Part shown: positions 39,233 through 47,605 of the stretch, in pieces
How the letters are laid out: the number at the start of each line of letters is the position of its first letter
Position numbering within the stretch: position 1 is the stretch's first letter
Source: an uncultured Nitrososphaeria archaeon
Lineage (GTDB): Archaea; Thermoproteota; Nitrososphaeria_A; Caldarchaeales; Wolframiiraptoraceae
Assembly (NCBI GenBank): GCA_964555135.1
Contig: CAZKRR010000001.1
Location: forward strand, 1,147-65,146
Length of the DNA stretch: 64,000 nt
Direction of reading: 5' to 3'
Translations under genes and position numbers: made by a program
Notes under the pieces: generated by a model
What the model was told of the DNA's origin: nothing
Database searches by the model: none
The model's input: the letters and a program-made list of their open reading frames with translations, nothing else

Positions 39233-39517
39233 ATGTCTTTAAAACTTGTAAGAGAACCCATAAATAAGCATTTACAGAAAGTCCCTCTAGGAATTGTTCA
39301 CGTGATTCCTGAAAGATGCAAGGAATGTGGGTTCTGTATCGATTTATGCCCCAAAGACGTGCTAACGGTTGGTGAAGAGAGGAATATAAAAGGTTATCGA
39401 TGGCCAAAGATAGCAGACGGTAAAGCAATGGAATGTATTGCTTGCAAGATGTGTGAATGGATATGTCCTGAGTTCGCTATATTTGTAGTAGAAGTCGACA
39501 GGAGGGAATATGTCTAA
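39233..39517 (+). CDS. 2-oxoacid:ferredoxin oxidoreductase, delta subunit (cluster 2)
   Basis: CKECGFCIDLCPKD and CIACKMCEWICPE 4Fe-4S motifs. Confidence 0.75.
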   Translation: MSLKLVREPINKHLQKVPLGIVHVIPERCKECGFCIDLCPKDVLTVGEERNIKGYRWPKIADGKAMECIACKMCEWICPEFAIFVVEVDRREYV

Positions 39518-40662
39518 TGTCTGGAGAACTTAAACTGCTCAAACCTGGAACATACTTCATGATGGGAAACATTGCTTGTGCTGAAGCAGCATTAATAGCT
39601 GGATGTGAATTCTATGCAGGATACCCCATAACCCCATCCAATGAGATTGCCGAGCATATGAGTAGAAGAATGCCTCAGCTTGGAAGACACTTCATACAGA
39701 TGGAAGATGAGATAGGTAGTATAGTAGCAGTATGTGGAGCTTCTGCTGCAGGTGTAAAAGCTATGACCGCTACGTCTGGGCCTGGCTTCTCACTTATGAT
39801 GGAGACGATTGGCCTCTCAGCGATGCTCGAGCTTCCGTGTGTTATAGTTAATGTTCAGAGAGCTGGTCCAAGCACGGGTATTCCAACCTTTGTTGGGCAG
39901 GGTGATCTAATGCAGGCTAGATGGGGCTCACATGGAGATTATGAACTAGTAGTTTACGCACCCTCAACAGTTCAAGAATTTTTCGACCTAACAATAGAAG
40001 CTTTCAATACATCTGAATGGTTACGTATACCCGTAATAGTATTGTCCGATGAAGTGGTAGGGCACATGTATGGAAGACTGCAAGTTCCAGAGTACGATAA
40101 GATAAAAATTATTAACAGAAAACGATATAGCGGACCTAGAGAAGAATATCTTCCCTATAGTTCTGAAACACTCGTACCCCTTTTTGTAGCAGCTGGAGAT
40201 GGGTACAGAATACATATGACAGGCTTAACACATGATGAAAGAGGATATCCATCCCTGGAGATTGAAGACTCCCATAAGCTTATTGAGAGGCTTGTTATGA
40301 AAGTTAGGAAGAACGCTAAGAATTTGTGGAAATATGAAACATTGTATATAGATGATGCAGATGTTGTCGTTGTAACCTTTGGTATTACAGCGAGGTCTAC
40401 GGAGGAAGCAGTGAAGAGAGCGAGAAATGAAGGCTTAAAGGTTGGAATGATAAAATTGGTTACTCTATGGCCTTTCCCGGAAGACCCAGTCAGGGTTGCT
40501 AGCCAGTATGCTAGGAGAATGCTTGTAGCGGAGATCAACACGGGTCAGCTGATCCATCCTGTAAGAGAAGTTGCAGAATGCCCCGTAGCTGGAATAAATT
40601 ATCCGGTAGGTTACGTACCCCCACCTGAGTATATTCTTGATGGTATTAGAGCGGCGGTGTAG
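39517..40662 (+). CDS. 2-oxoacid:ferredoxin oxidoreductase, alpha subunit (cluster 2)
   Basis: GNIACAEAALIAGCEFYAGYPITPS N-terminus, as in KOR/VOR alpha. Confidence 0.8.
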   Translation: MSGELKLLKPGTYFMMGNIACAEAALIAGCEFYAGYPITPSNEIAEHMSRRMPQLGRHFIQMEDEIGSIVAVCGASAAGVKAMTATSGPGFSLMMETIGLSAMLELPCVIVNVQRAGPSTGIPTFVGQGDLMQARWGSHGDYELVVYAPSTVQEFFDLTIEAFNTSEWLRIPVIVLSDEVVGHMYGRLQVPEYDKIKIINRKRYSGPREEYLPYSSETLVPLFVAAGDGYRIHMTGLTHDERGYPSLEIEDSHKLIERLVMKVRKNAKNLWKYETLYIDDADVVVVTFGITARSTEEAVKRARNEGLKVGMIKLVTLWPFPEDPVRVASQYARRMLVAEINTGQLIHPVREVAECPVAGINYPVGYVPPPEYILDGIRAAV

Positions 40663-40667
40663 GATAC

Positions 40668-41531
40668 ATGAGTCAGAAACAAATTTTAAGGGAAAAGATA
40701 GCTGAGGAATCGCCGAGAGATGATCTGATAAGAAGAGAGAGGTTTCCCCACATATGGTGTCCAGGATGCGGTCTCGGAACCGTATTGAAATGTTACGTAG
40801 AAGCGATTGCAGCATCCAATATCCCTATAGATAAGCATGTAATTGTCTCGGGCATAGGTTGTACCGGTAGGATCGCTGGGTATGTTAGACTAGACTCCTA
40901 CCATGTAACTCATGGGAGACCGATAGCATTCGCCGAGGGAATGAAGATCGTTAGACCCGACCTTGAAGTAACAGTAATATCTGGAGATGGAGACCTAGTA
41001 ACCATAGGTGGAAACCACTTCATACATGCTGTCAGAAGAAATGTAGATATAAACGTCTTCCTAGTTAACAACTTTATATATGGTATGACTGGGAACCAAA
41101 TGGGGTCGACTACACCTTTAGGAGCTAAAAGCTCAACGAGCCCATACGGCTGCCCAGAATTTCCATTTAACTTGCCATTGTTGACAGCAGCTCTAGGAGC
41201 ACCATTTGTTGCGAGATGGACTACCCTGCATGTTCGACAACTTGCTGACGCTATGAAGAAAGCTTTACGAGTTAGAGGGTTCGCATTCATCGAGATAATA
41301 TCTCCATGCCCAGTCGGCTTCGGCTCCTATAACGATTTAAGAGAAGGTAGAGATTACATCAAGCTATTCCTAGAAAACTGTATAATAGACCATTCAGCTG
41401 ACCTAAACAGGGTAGGTATAACTCTCAGACCAGGTGAACCAATAATCTTAGGAAACTTCGTTGACCGTGAAGTACCTACATACCATGAGCTAGAATTGGA
41501 AGTTTTCAGGAAAGCGGGGTGGTTGAAGTGA
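40668..41531 (+). CDS. 2-oxoacid:ferredoxin oxidoreductase, beta subunit (cluster 2, TPP)
   Basis: WCPGCGLG motif and TPP region GDGDLVTIGGNHFIHA...NNFIYGMTG. Confidence 0.8.
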   Translation: MSQKQILREKIAEESPRDDLIRRERFPHIWCPGCGLGTVLKCYVEAIAASNIPIDKHVIVSGIGCTGRIAGYVRLDSYHVTHGRPIAFAEGMKIVRPDLEVTVISGDGDLVTIGGNHFIHAVRRNVDINVFLVNNFIYGMTGNQMGSTTPLGAKSSTSPYGCPEFPFNLPLLTAALGAPFVARWTTLHVRQLADAMKKALRVRGFAFIEIISPCPVGFGSYNDLREGRDYIKLFLENCIIDHSADLNRVGITLRPGEPIILGNFVDREVPTYHELELEVFRKAGWLK

Positions 41532-42061
41532 GATGGGATATAAGATTGGCAGGTTTCGGCGGTCAAGGAGTAATTAGGGCTGGAGAGATCTTGGGTAGAG
41601 CTGCTATTAAGCAGGGGCTTGACTCTGCTATGAGACCAATGTATGGACCTGAGAAGACTGGTGGATGGTCTCGGGCGGATGTAGTAATCTCTGATCAGCC
41701 TATAATATTTCCTCTAATAGTTAGACCTGATATTTTGGTTGCGATGTCTCAGGATGGCATGAATAGGGATGGCTCATCATTAAAGAAAGACGGGATGCTT
41801 CTCATAGATGGAGAATTAATAAAAGACATCAAATGCTATCCCAGTAAGATCTACTCAGTAGATGCTACGAGTATAGCGGATAACCTAGGTAGAAGGATAG
41901 TTGCAAACATAGTAATGCTCGGAGCTTTCGTTAAAGCATTCGGGATAGTTAATGAAGACATACTCTTACAGACAATTATTGAAACCTTCCCTAGAGCGAC
42001 CGAATTGAATAAGACAGCCTTCAAGCTTGGTGTGGAAAATGTGAAGGAGGTGAAGATATAG
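41519..42061 (+). CDS. 2-oxoacid:ferredoxin oxidoreductase, gamma subunit (cluster 2)
   Basis: VRWDIRLAGFGGQGVI gamma-subunit N-terminus. Its stop codon directly abuts the ATG of the HdrA-like gene. Confidence 0.75.
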   Translation: MVEVRWDIRLAGFGGQGVIRAGEILGRAAIKQGLDSAMRPMYGPEKTGGWSRADVVISDQPIIFPLIVRPDILVAMSQDGMNRDGSSLKKDGMLLIDGELIKDIKCYPSKIYSVDATSIADNLGRRIVANIVMLGAFVKAFGIVNEDILLQTIIETFPRATELNKTAFKLGVENVKEVKI

Positions 42062-45000
42062 ATGTCTGATGAAGTCTTAGTTATAGGCGGAGGGATAGCT
42101 GGAATACAATGCTCTCTAGATCTTGCTAATGCTGGCGTAAAGGTAGTACTTGTTGAGAAGACCCCTACGATAGGGGGGAAGATGGCGATACTTGATAAGA
42201 ATTTCCCAACGCTAGACTGTTCAATCTGCATCGAAGCGCCGAAGATGAGCGAAGTAGGTAAGCATCCAAACATAGAGTTGGTAACTCTCGCAGAAGTAGT
42301 AAATGTCGAGAAGGACGGTGAAGACTATGTAGTTGAGATATACCAGAAGCCCAGGTATGTAACAGATGAATGTAGTAGATGCGGTCTCTGCGTAGATGCA
42401 TGTCCAGTCTTACTAAAGAATGAATTCGATTATGGCATGGCTGCTAGAAAAGCAATATACACACCTATCCCACAATCTGAGCCAGGAGCGTACGTTATAG
42501 ATATTGATAACTGTTTGAATAAGCCTCCAAACTATCTACCATGCGATAGATGCGTACAAGTCTGTGGTCCTAAATGTATAGATTTCTTCATGAAACCTAA
42601 GATAATAAAGAAGAGGGTTAAAGCGATAGTTGTTGCTACGGGATTTGAAGTTTTCGACGTAACTAGGATACCGGACTACTCTTATGGTCTACACCCAGAT
42701 ATCTTAACTTCCATGGAATATGAGAGACTACTACAATCAACCGGTCCAAGTGGTGGAGAAATAATTAAACCAAGTAATGGTCATCATCCTGAAAACATAT
42801 GCTTCATCTTATGCGTTGGCTCAAGAGACCCTAGATATAACAAGTATTGTTCAAGATTCTGCTGCATGTATACAATTAAAGAAGCTGTCCAGACGGTTGA
42901 ACACGGGATAAAGAACGTAGACATCCTGTACATGGATATTAGAGCATACGGTAAAGGTTTTGACGGTTTCTATAAGAGAGCTAAAGATGAAGGTGTAAGA
43001 TTCATAAAAGGGAGAGCTGCGAGAGTGATCCCCAATGGAGATAAACTGAAGGTGAGATATGAAAACATTGCAGAAGAGAGAATGGAAGAAAAAGAATACG
43101 ATATGGTCGTACTAGCAGCAGCGGCTGAACCTCCACCCGACCTAGCCAAGCTTGCAAACATATTAGGTATTGAGTTAGATGAAGACGGATTCATTAAGAC
43201 AAGACCATGGCATGGAAAAATGATAGCTACTACTATGGAAGGAATCTTCGTATGTGGGAGCGCCTCAGGTCCAAAAGACATAGCAGATAGCGTGACAGAA
43301 GCAGGTGCAGCAGCTTCTGCAGCTCTTGAATACGTAAAGAAGAAGACTTGGCCTAAACTAGAATTTGAAGAGACGATACCTGCGGAAGGAGAGACTAGGG
43401 TAGGTGTATTCATATGTCATTGTGGAACGAACATCGCAGGTGTTGCGGATGTAAAGTGGTTAGCTCAGGAAGCTGCAAAGATACCTGGAGTAGTTCACTC
43501 AGAAGATCTTAGATTCGCATGCGCAGGCGTATACACAAAATATATCGAGCAGGTGATTAAGGAGAAGAATATTAATAGGCTTGTTGTAGCTGCATGCTCC
43601 CCGAGAACCCATCTACCCGTTTTTGCTGGAGCAGCCATGAGGGCAGGCTTAAACCCGTACCTAGTCGAAATGGCGAATATACGTAATCTCGATACATGGG
43701 TTCACGCAGGCTACCCAAAGGAGGCTACGGAGAAAGCATTAGATATGATCAGGATGGCTGTAGCTAAAGCTAAGCTACTCAAGCCTCTATACGTTGTAAA
43801 GCTTCCAGTAACTAGGAGAGCATTAGTAATCGGCGGCGGCGTTGCAGGAATGGCTGCGGCAGCAAGCTTAGCTCGCCAAGGCTTTGAAACATACCTAGTT
43901 GAGAAGGAAGGCCAGTTAGGTGGGCTTGTAAGACATCTTGACGTTATAGCCCCTGAGGGGATAAGAGCTCAAGATTTACTGTATGAGATGGAGAGAGAAG
44001 TATATAGTTCAGGTGTGAAGGTTATCCTGAATGCAAAGGTTGAATCGGTAAGCGGGTATATTGGAAACTTTATTGCAAACCTATCGAGTGGAGAGAAGCT
44101 TGAGGTCGGAGCAATCATTATGGCGACCGGCGCGAAAGTCTATCAACCGCAGGGGGTCTTCCAGACAAATGGTGGGAACATAATAACCTCCTTCGACTTA
44201 GAGCAGATATTCAAGAATAACAATGACCTCAATGCTAAGAATGTAGTCTTCATTAGCTGCGTAGGTTCTAGATACGATTCAAAAGGCTGCTCAAGATTCT
44301 GCTGTCAAGTAATGATAAAGCAGGCAATCAGGCTTAGAGAGATGGGGAAGAATGTATTCATACTCTACAAAGATATCAGGACCTACAGTAGGAAGGCTGA
44401 AGAACTATACGAGAAAGCAAGAGCACTAGGCGTCAGATTCGTAAAATACCACCCTGAGAAGAAACCTGAAGAAGCTATAAAAATTGAGAATGGGTTAGTG
44501 TACGTGAAAGATGAACTACTAGGAGAAGAAATCGGTATACCTGCAGACCTAGTAGTATTAAATGTAGGTCTTGTTCCAAACGATGAGATAAATCCAATCG
44601 TTGAACAATTAAAACTATCTAGAGATGAAGCAGGCTTCCTTCTCGAACTCCACCCGAAGCTTGGACCAGTTGAGTCAATGGTTGGAGGAGTATTCCTTGC
44701 AGGAACATCTCAGAACCCGAAAGATGTTAGAGAAGCAATCTCACAAGGCTTAGCTGCAGCAGCTAAAGCAGCAGCACTACTAGCGAAAGACACTATTGAT
44801 AAGGAGCCGCTAGTACCTAGGATAAACTATGATAAATGTACATACTGTCAGAGATGCGCTCAAGTATGTACTTTCTCAGCTCTTAGAGGGGAGCTTAGAA
44901 AGAGTTTGGAATTGATTAGTGCATTATGCCAGGGATGTGGAAACTGTTCAGCTGAATGTATGGTTGGAGCTATTGAAGCTCCAGGATTTACCGATGAACA

Positions 45001-45469
45001 GATTATTGCACAGATCGATGCAGCGTTAGAAGATAGACCAGACGAGAAAGCGATAGTCTTTACGTGTAATTGGTGCTCATACGCAGGTGCAGACCAAGCA
45101 GGTATAGAGAAGCTCCAGTATCCACCAAGCTCTAGAGTGATAAGAACAATGTGTTCAGCTAGGGTCTCGCAGAAGCTCATATTAAGAGCATTCGAGAAGG
45201 GTGCCGCGGTAGTTGCAGTTACTGGTTGCTGGCCACAAGACTGCCACTACAATTACGCAAACCTAAACACGGAGAGGAGGGTTAAGCAAATGAAGAAGAT
45301 ATTGGAAGCTAGGGGGATCAATCCTGAAAGATTAATACTACACTGGAATAGCGCAGCAGAAAGCAAGAGGTGGGCAGCTAAAATGAAAGAGATAGATGAA
45401 TTAATCAAGAAGATCCCAAGAGAAGAAATAATTGAATCTATCCAAAAACTTGGAGGTGGAAGAAAGTGA
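42062..45469 (+). CDS. heterodisulfide reductase subunit A-like flavoprotein: two tandem HdrA modules plus a C-terminal MvhD ([2Fe-2S]) domain; 1135 aa
   Basis: Module 1 has FAD motif VLVIGGGIAGI, ferredoxin motifs CSRCGLCVDACP and CDRCVQVCGPKC, and HdrA signature CVGSRD...CSRFCC. Module 2 has ALVIGGGVAGMAAA (nt about 43827), CVGSRYDSKGCSRFCC, CTYCQRCAQVC and CQGCGNCSAEC. C-terminal VFTCNWCSYAGADQAG...GCWPQDCHY matches MvhD (nt about 45040-45469). Confidence 0.8.
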   Translation: MSDEVLVIGGGIAGIQCSLDLANAGVKVVLVEKTPTIGGKMAILDKNFPTLDCSICIEAPKMSEVGKHPNIELVTLAEVVNVEKDGEDYVVEIYQKPRYVTDECSRCGLCVDACPVLLKNEFDYGMAARKAIYTPIPQSEPGAYVIDIDNCLNKPPNYLPCDRCVQVCGPKCIDFFMKPKIIKKRVKAIVVATGFEVFDVTRIPDYSYGLHPDILTSMEYERLLQSTGPSGGEIIKPSNGHHPENICFILCVGSRDPRYNKYCSRFCCMYTIKEAVQTVEHGIKNVDILYMDIRAYGKGFDGFYKRAKDEGVRFIKGRAARVIPNGDKLKVRYENIAEERMEEKEYDMVVLAAAAEPPPDLAKLANILGIELDEDGFIKTRPWHGKMIATTMEGIFVCGSASGPKDIADSVTEAGAAASAALEYVKKKTWPKLEFEETIPAEGETRVGVFICHCGTNIAGVADVKWLAQEAAKIPGVVHSEDLRFACAGVYTKYIEQVIKEKNINRLVVAACSPRTHLPVFAGAAMRAGLNPYLVEMANIRNLDTWVHAGYPKEATEKALDMIRMAVAKAKLLKPLYVVKLPVTRRALVIGGGVAGMAAAASLARQGFETYLVEKEGQLGGLVRHLDVIAPEGIRAQDLLYEMEREVYSSGVKVILNAKVESVSGYIGNFIANLSSGEKLEVGAIIMATGAKVYQPQGVFQTNGGNIITSFDLEQIFKNNNDLNAKNVVFISCVGSRYDSKGCSRFCCQVMIKQAIRLREMGKNVFILYKDIRTYSRKAEELYEKARALGVRFVKYHPEKKPEEAIKIENGLVYVKDELLGEEIGIPADLVVLNVGLVPNDEINPIVEQLKLSRDEAGFLLELHPKLGPVESMVGGVFLAGTSQNPKDVREAISQGLAAAAKAAALLAKDTIDKEPLVPRINYDKCTYCQRCAQVCTFSALRGELRKSLELISALCQGCGNCSAECMVGAIEAPGFTDEQIIAQIDAALEDRPDEKAIVFTCNWCSYAGADQAGIEKLQYPPSSRVIRTMCSARVSQKLILRAFEKGAAVVAVTGCWPQDCHYNYANLNTERRVKQMKKILEARGINPERLILHWNSAAESKRWAAKMKEIDELIKKIPREEIIESIQKLGGGRK

Positions 45470-46620
45470 TAAAGGCTAAACTAGTAGATGTAGAATTAAT
45501 TGAGAAACTAGCACAATTAACTTCTGGAGCCGCAGACTACTGCTACCAATGTGGAACATGTACTGGTTCATGCCCATTCAATCTACTAAACCCCCAAACC
45601 GTTAATCCTAGGAAGATTGTTAGAAGCGCTCAGCTCGGGCTAATATATGATGATGGAAGTTTATGGTATTGCTCAACATGCGGTCTCTGTGAAGCTAAAT
45701 GTCCATGGTCCGTTAAGATCACCGAAGTAGTTAGAGGATATAGACAGCTTGCTACAGAGGAGAGAAAGCTACCTCACAAATTCGAAGAAATACTCTGGAT
45801 GATATATGAGGATGGAACAGCTTTTCCAGGCTCAAGTATAGAGAGAGCAGCATGGACTGAAGGTTTAAACATTAAGGACGCCTCAAAACAGAAAGTTAAA
45901 GTACTACTTTATGTCGGATGCGCAGTCTCATTTGATAAAAGATTACAGAAAATAGCTAGATCTCTTGCAAGCGTACTTTCAACAGCAGGAGTAGACTTTG
46001 GAATACTCGGTAAAGAAGAAAGATGCTGCGGAGACTTAGTATACAATATTGGTGAAGAAGCTTTCCTAGAAGAGCTTGCAGTCCAGAATATTGAGAGATT
46101 CAATAAGACTGGAGCTGAGGCTATAATAACGATCTCCCCCCATTCTGCGCATATGTTTAAGAAAGTATATCCCAGATATGGATTAAAGATACTCGCCTCC
46201 CACTACATAGAGTTCCTCCACGATTTGATAGAGAGGGAGAGAATTAAAATGGATAAAGCTGTGGATGATGAAGTAACAGTGCATGATCCATGCTACCTTG
46301 GGAGACATCTAAAGATATATGAGCAACCTAGGAAGATACTGTCAAGCATACCTGGATTAAAGATTTTAGAGATGAATGAAGCTAAGGAAAATGCAGTGTG
46401 CTGTGGAAGTGGTGGTGGAAGACACTTTTTAGACATTCACGGTGATAGACTATCTCACTACAGGGTCATGCAGGCAGCTCAGACAGGCGCTAAAACATTA
46501 GTAGCTCCATGCCCATTCTGTATCCAAAACTTTGAAGATAGCGTGAAAACCAAGAAACTAAGCTTAAACATTAAAGATGTCGTAGAATTGGTTAATCAAT
46601 CATTGAGGAGGAGTGCATGA
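45466..46620 (+). CDS. HdrC-HdrB fusion (HdrD/GlpC-like CCG-domain iron-sulfur protein), no TM segment
   Basis: N-terminal 2x[4Fe-4S] motifs CYQCGTCTGSCPF and CSTCGLCEAKCPW (HdrC-like), then two cysteine-rich CCG domains (CCGDLV; CCGSGGG). No hydrophobic helix. Confidence 0.75.
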   Translation: MIKAKLVDVELIEKLAQLTSGAADYCYQCGTCTGSCPFNLLNPQTVNPRKIVRSAQLGLIYDDGSLWYCSTCGLCEAKCPWSVKITEVVRGYRQLATEERKLPHKFEEILWMIYEDGTAFPGSSIERAAWTEGLNIKDASKQKVKVLLYVGCAVSFDKRLQKIARSLASVLSTAGVDFGILGKEERCCGDLVYNIGEEAFLEELAVQNIERFNKTGAEAIITISPHSAHMFKKVYPRYGLKILASHYIEFLHDLIERERIKMDKAVDDEVTVHDPCYLGRHLKIYEQPRKILSSIPGLKILEMNEAKENAVCCGSGGGRHFLDIHGDRLSHYRVMQAAQTGAKTLVAPCPFCIQNFEDSVKTKKLSLNIKDVVELVNQSLRRSA

Positions 46621-47605
46621 AATGGATCCAGAATACAGGAGCGTCTGGGTATTCCTAGAGAGACGTAGAGAAGAAATAATCGAATCTTCACTCGAAGTTC
46701 TGGGGAAAGCCCGTGAACTAGCAGATAGATACGGAGATAAAGTAGCAGGAATATTAATGGGGGCTGGAAACCTAGATAGACTTGCTGAAGCAGCTATAAC
46801 TTATGGGGCAGACATAGTCTACACTATTCAAGACGAGTTACTTCGAGATTATTCAACAATACCGTATTCTGAAGCATTGTCTAGGATGATCACAATGTAT
46901 AAACCCAACATAATCCTTTATCCTGCTACTAGGAATGGTAGAGACCTTGCTGGTAGAATATCTGCAAAATTAAACCTGGGACTATCAGCTAATACTGTCT
47001 GGCTAGACATAGTTGGAGATGGAGTATTACTAGCGGGCGTACCAGGATTCGGAGGGGGGATAATGGCTGTAACTAAGTGTCTAACTAAGCCTCAGATGGC
47101 AACTGTACGGCCTGGTGCATTCCCTAAGCCTCAGCCAAACCTTACAAGAACTGGGAGGATAGAAAGAATAGATATTGGTAAGCTCCCAGAACCTCCAATC
47201 AAGGCCATTGAAAGAGTATTCTACACAGTTGAAGATATTAGTAAAGCTGAAGCAATCATAATAGCTGGAATAGGCATAAGAGAAAATATCGAAGTAGTTA
47301 AGAAGCTTTCAGAGAAATTGAATTGGGCCTTCGGAGCAACCAGACCTCTCTCAGATGAAGGTCTAGTCCCCAGAGACATATTTGTCGGAGCAACTGGGAA
47401 AACGGTGAGACCAAAAATAGCATTGATAGTTGGTGCAAGTGGAGCAGCCCACTTTATCTCTGGAGTTGCAGGAGCTGAAAAGATAATCTCTATTAACATA
47501 GACCCTGAAGCACCTATCCATTCATACTCCGACTACTCTATAGTCGGGGATGCATACAAGATTATCCCAAAACTATTAGAGAAATTGGAGGCTGAGACCA
47601 AATGA
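46613..47605 (+). CDS. etfA: electron transfer flavoprotein, alpha subunit (EtfA/FixB-like)
   Basis: C-terminal FAD-binding region PKIALIVGASGAAHFISGVAGAEKIISINIDPEAPI is diagnostic for EtfA. Confidence 0.75.
   Translation: MHEMDPEYRSVWVFLERRREEIIESSLEVLGKARELADRYGDKVAGILMGAGNLDRLAEAAITYGADIVYTIQDELLRDYSTIPYSEALSRMITMYKPNIILYPATRNGRDLAGRISAKLNLGLSANTVWLDIVGDGVLLAGVPGFGGGIMAVTKCLTKPQMATVRPGAFPKPQPNLTRTGRIERIDIGKLPEPPIKAIERVFYTVEDISKAEAIIIAGIGIRENIEVVKKLSEKLNWAFGATRPLSDEGLVPRDIFVGATGKTVRPKIALIVGASGAAHFISGVAGAEKIISINIDPEAPIHSYSDYSIVGDAYKIIPKLLEKLEAETK

Noticed and set aside
42970-43413. 147-aa minus-strand ORF and other antisense ORFs inside hdrA-like, hdrCB and etf genes (for example 44860..45180, 45909..46103, 47221..47499, 47562..47885)
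   Set aside because: All are antisense to domain-rich CDSs and are Ser/Ala/Pro-rich, which is typical of GC-skewed shadow frames.
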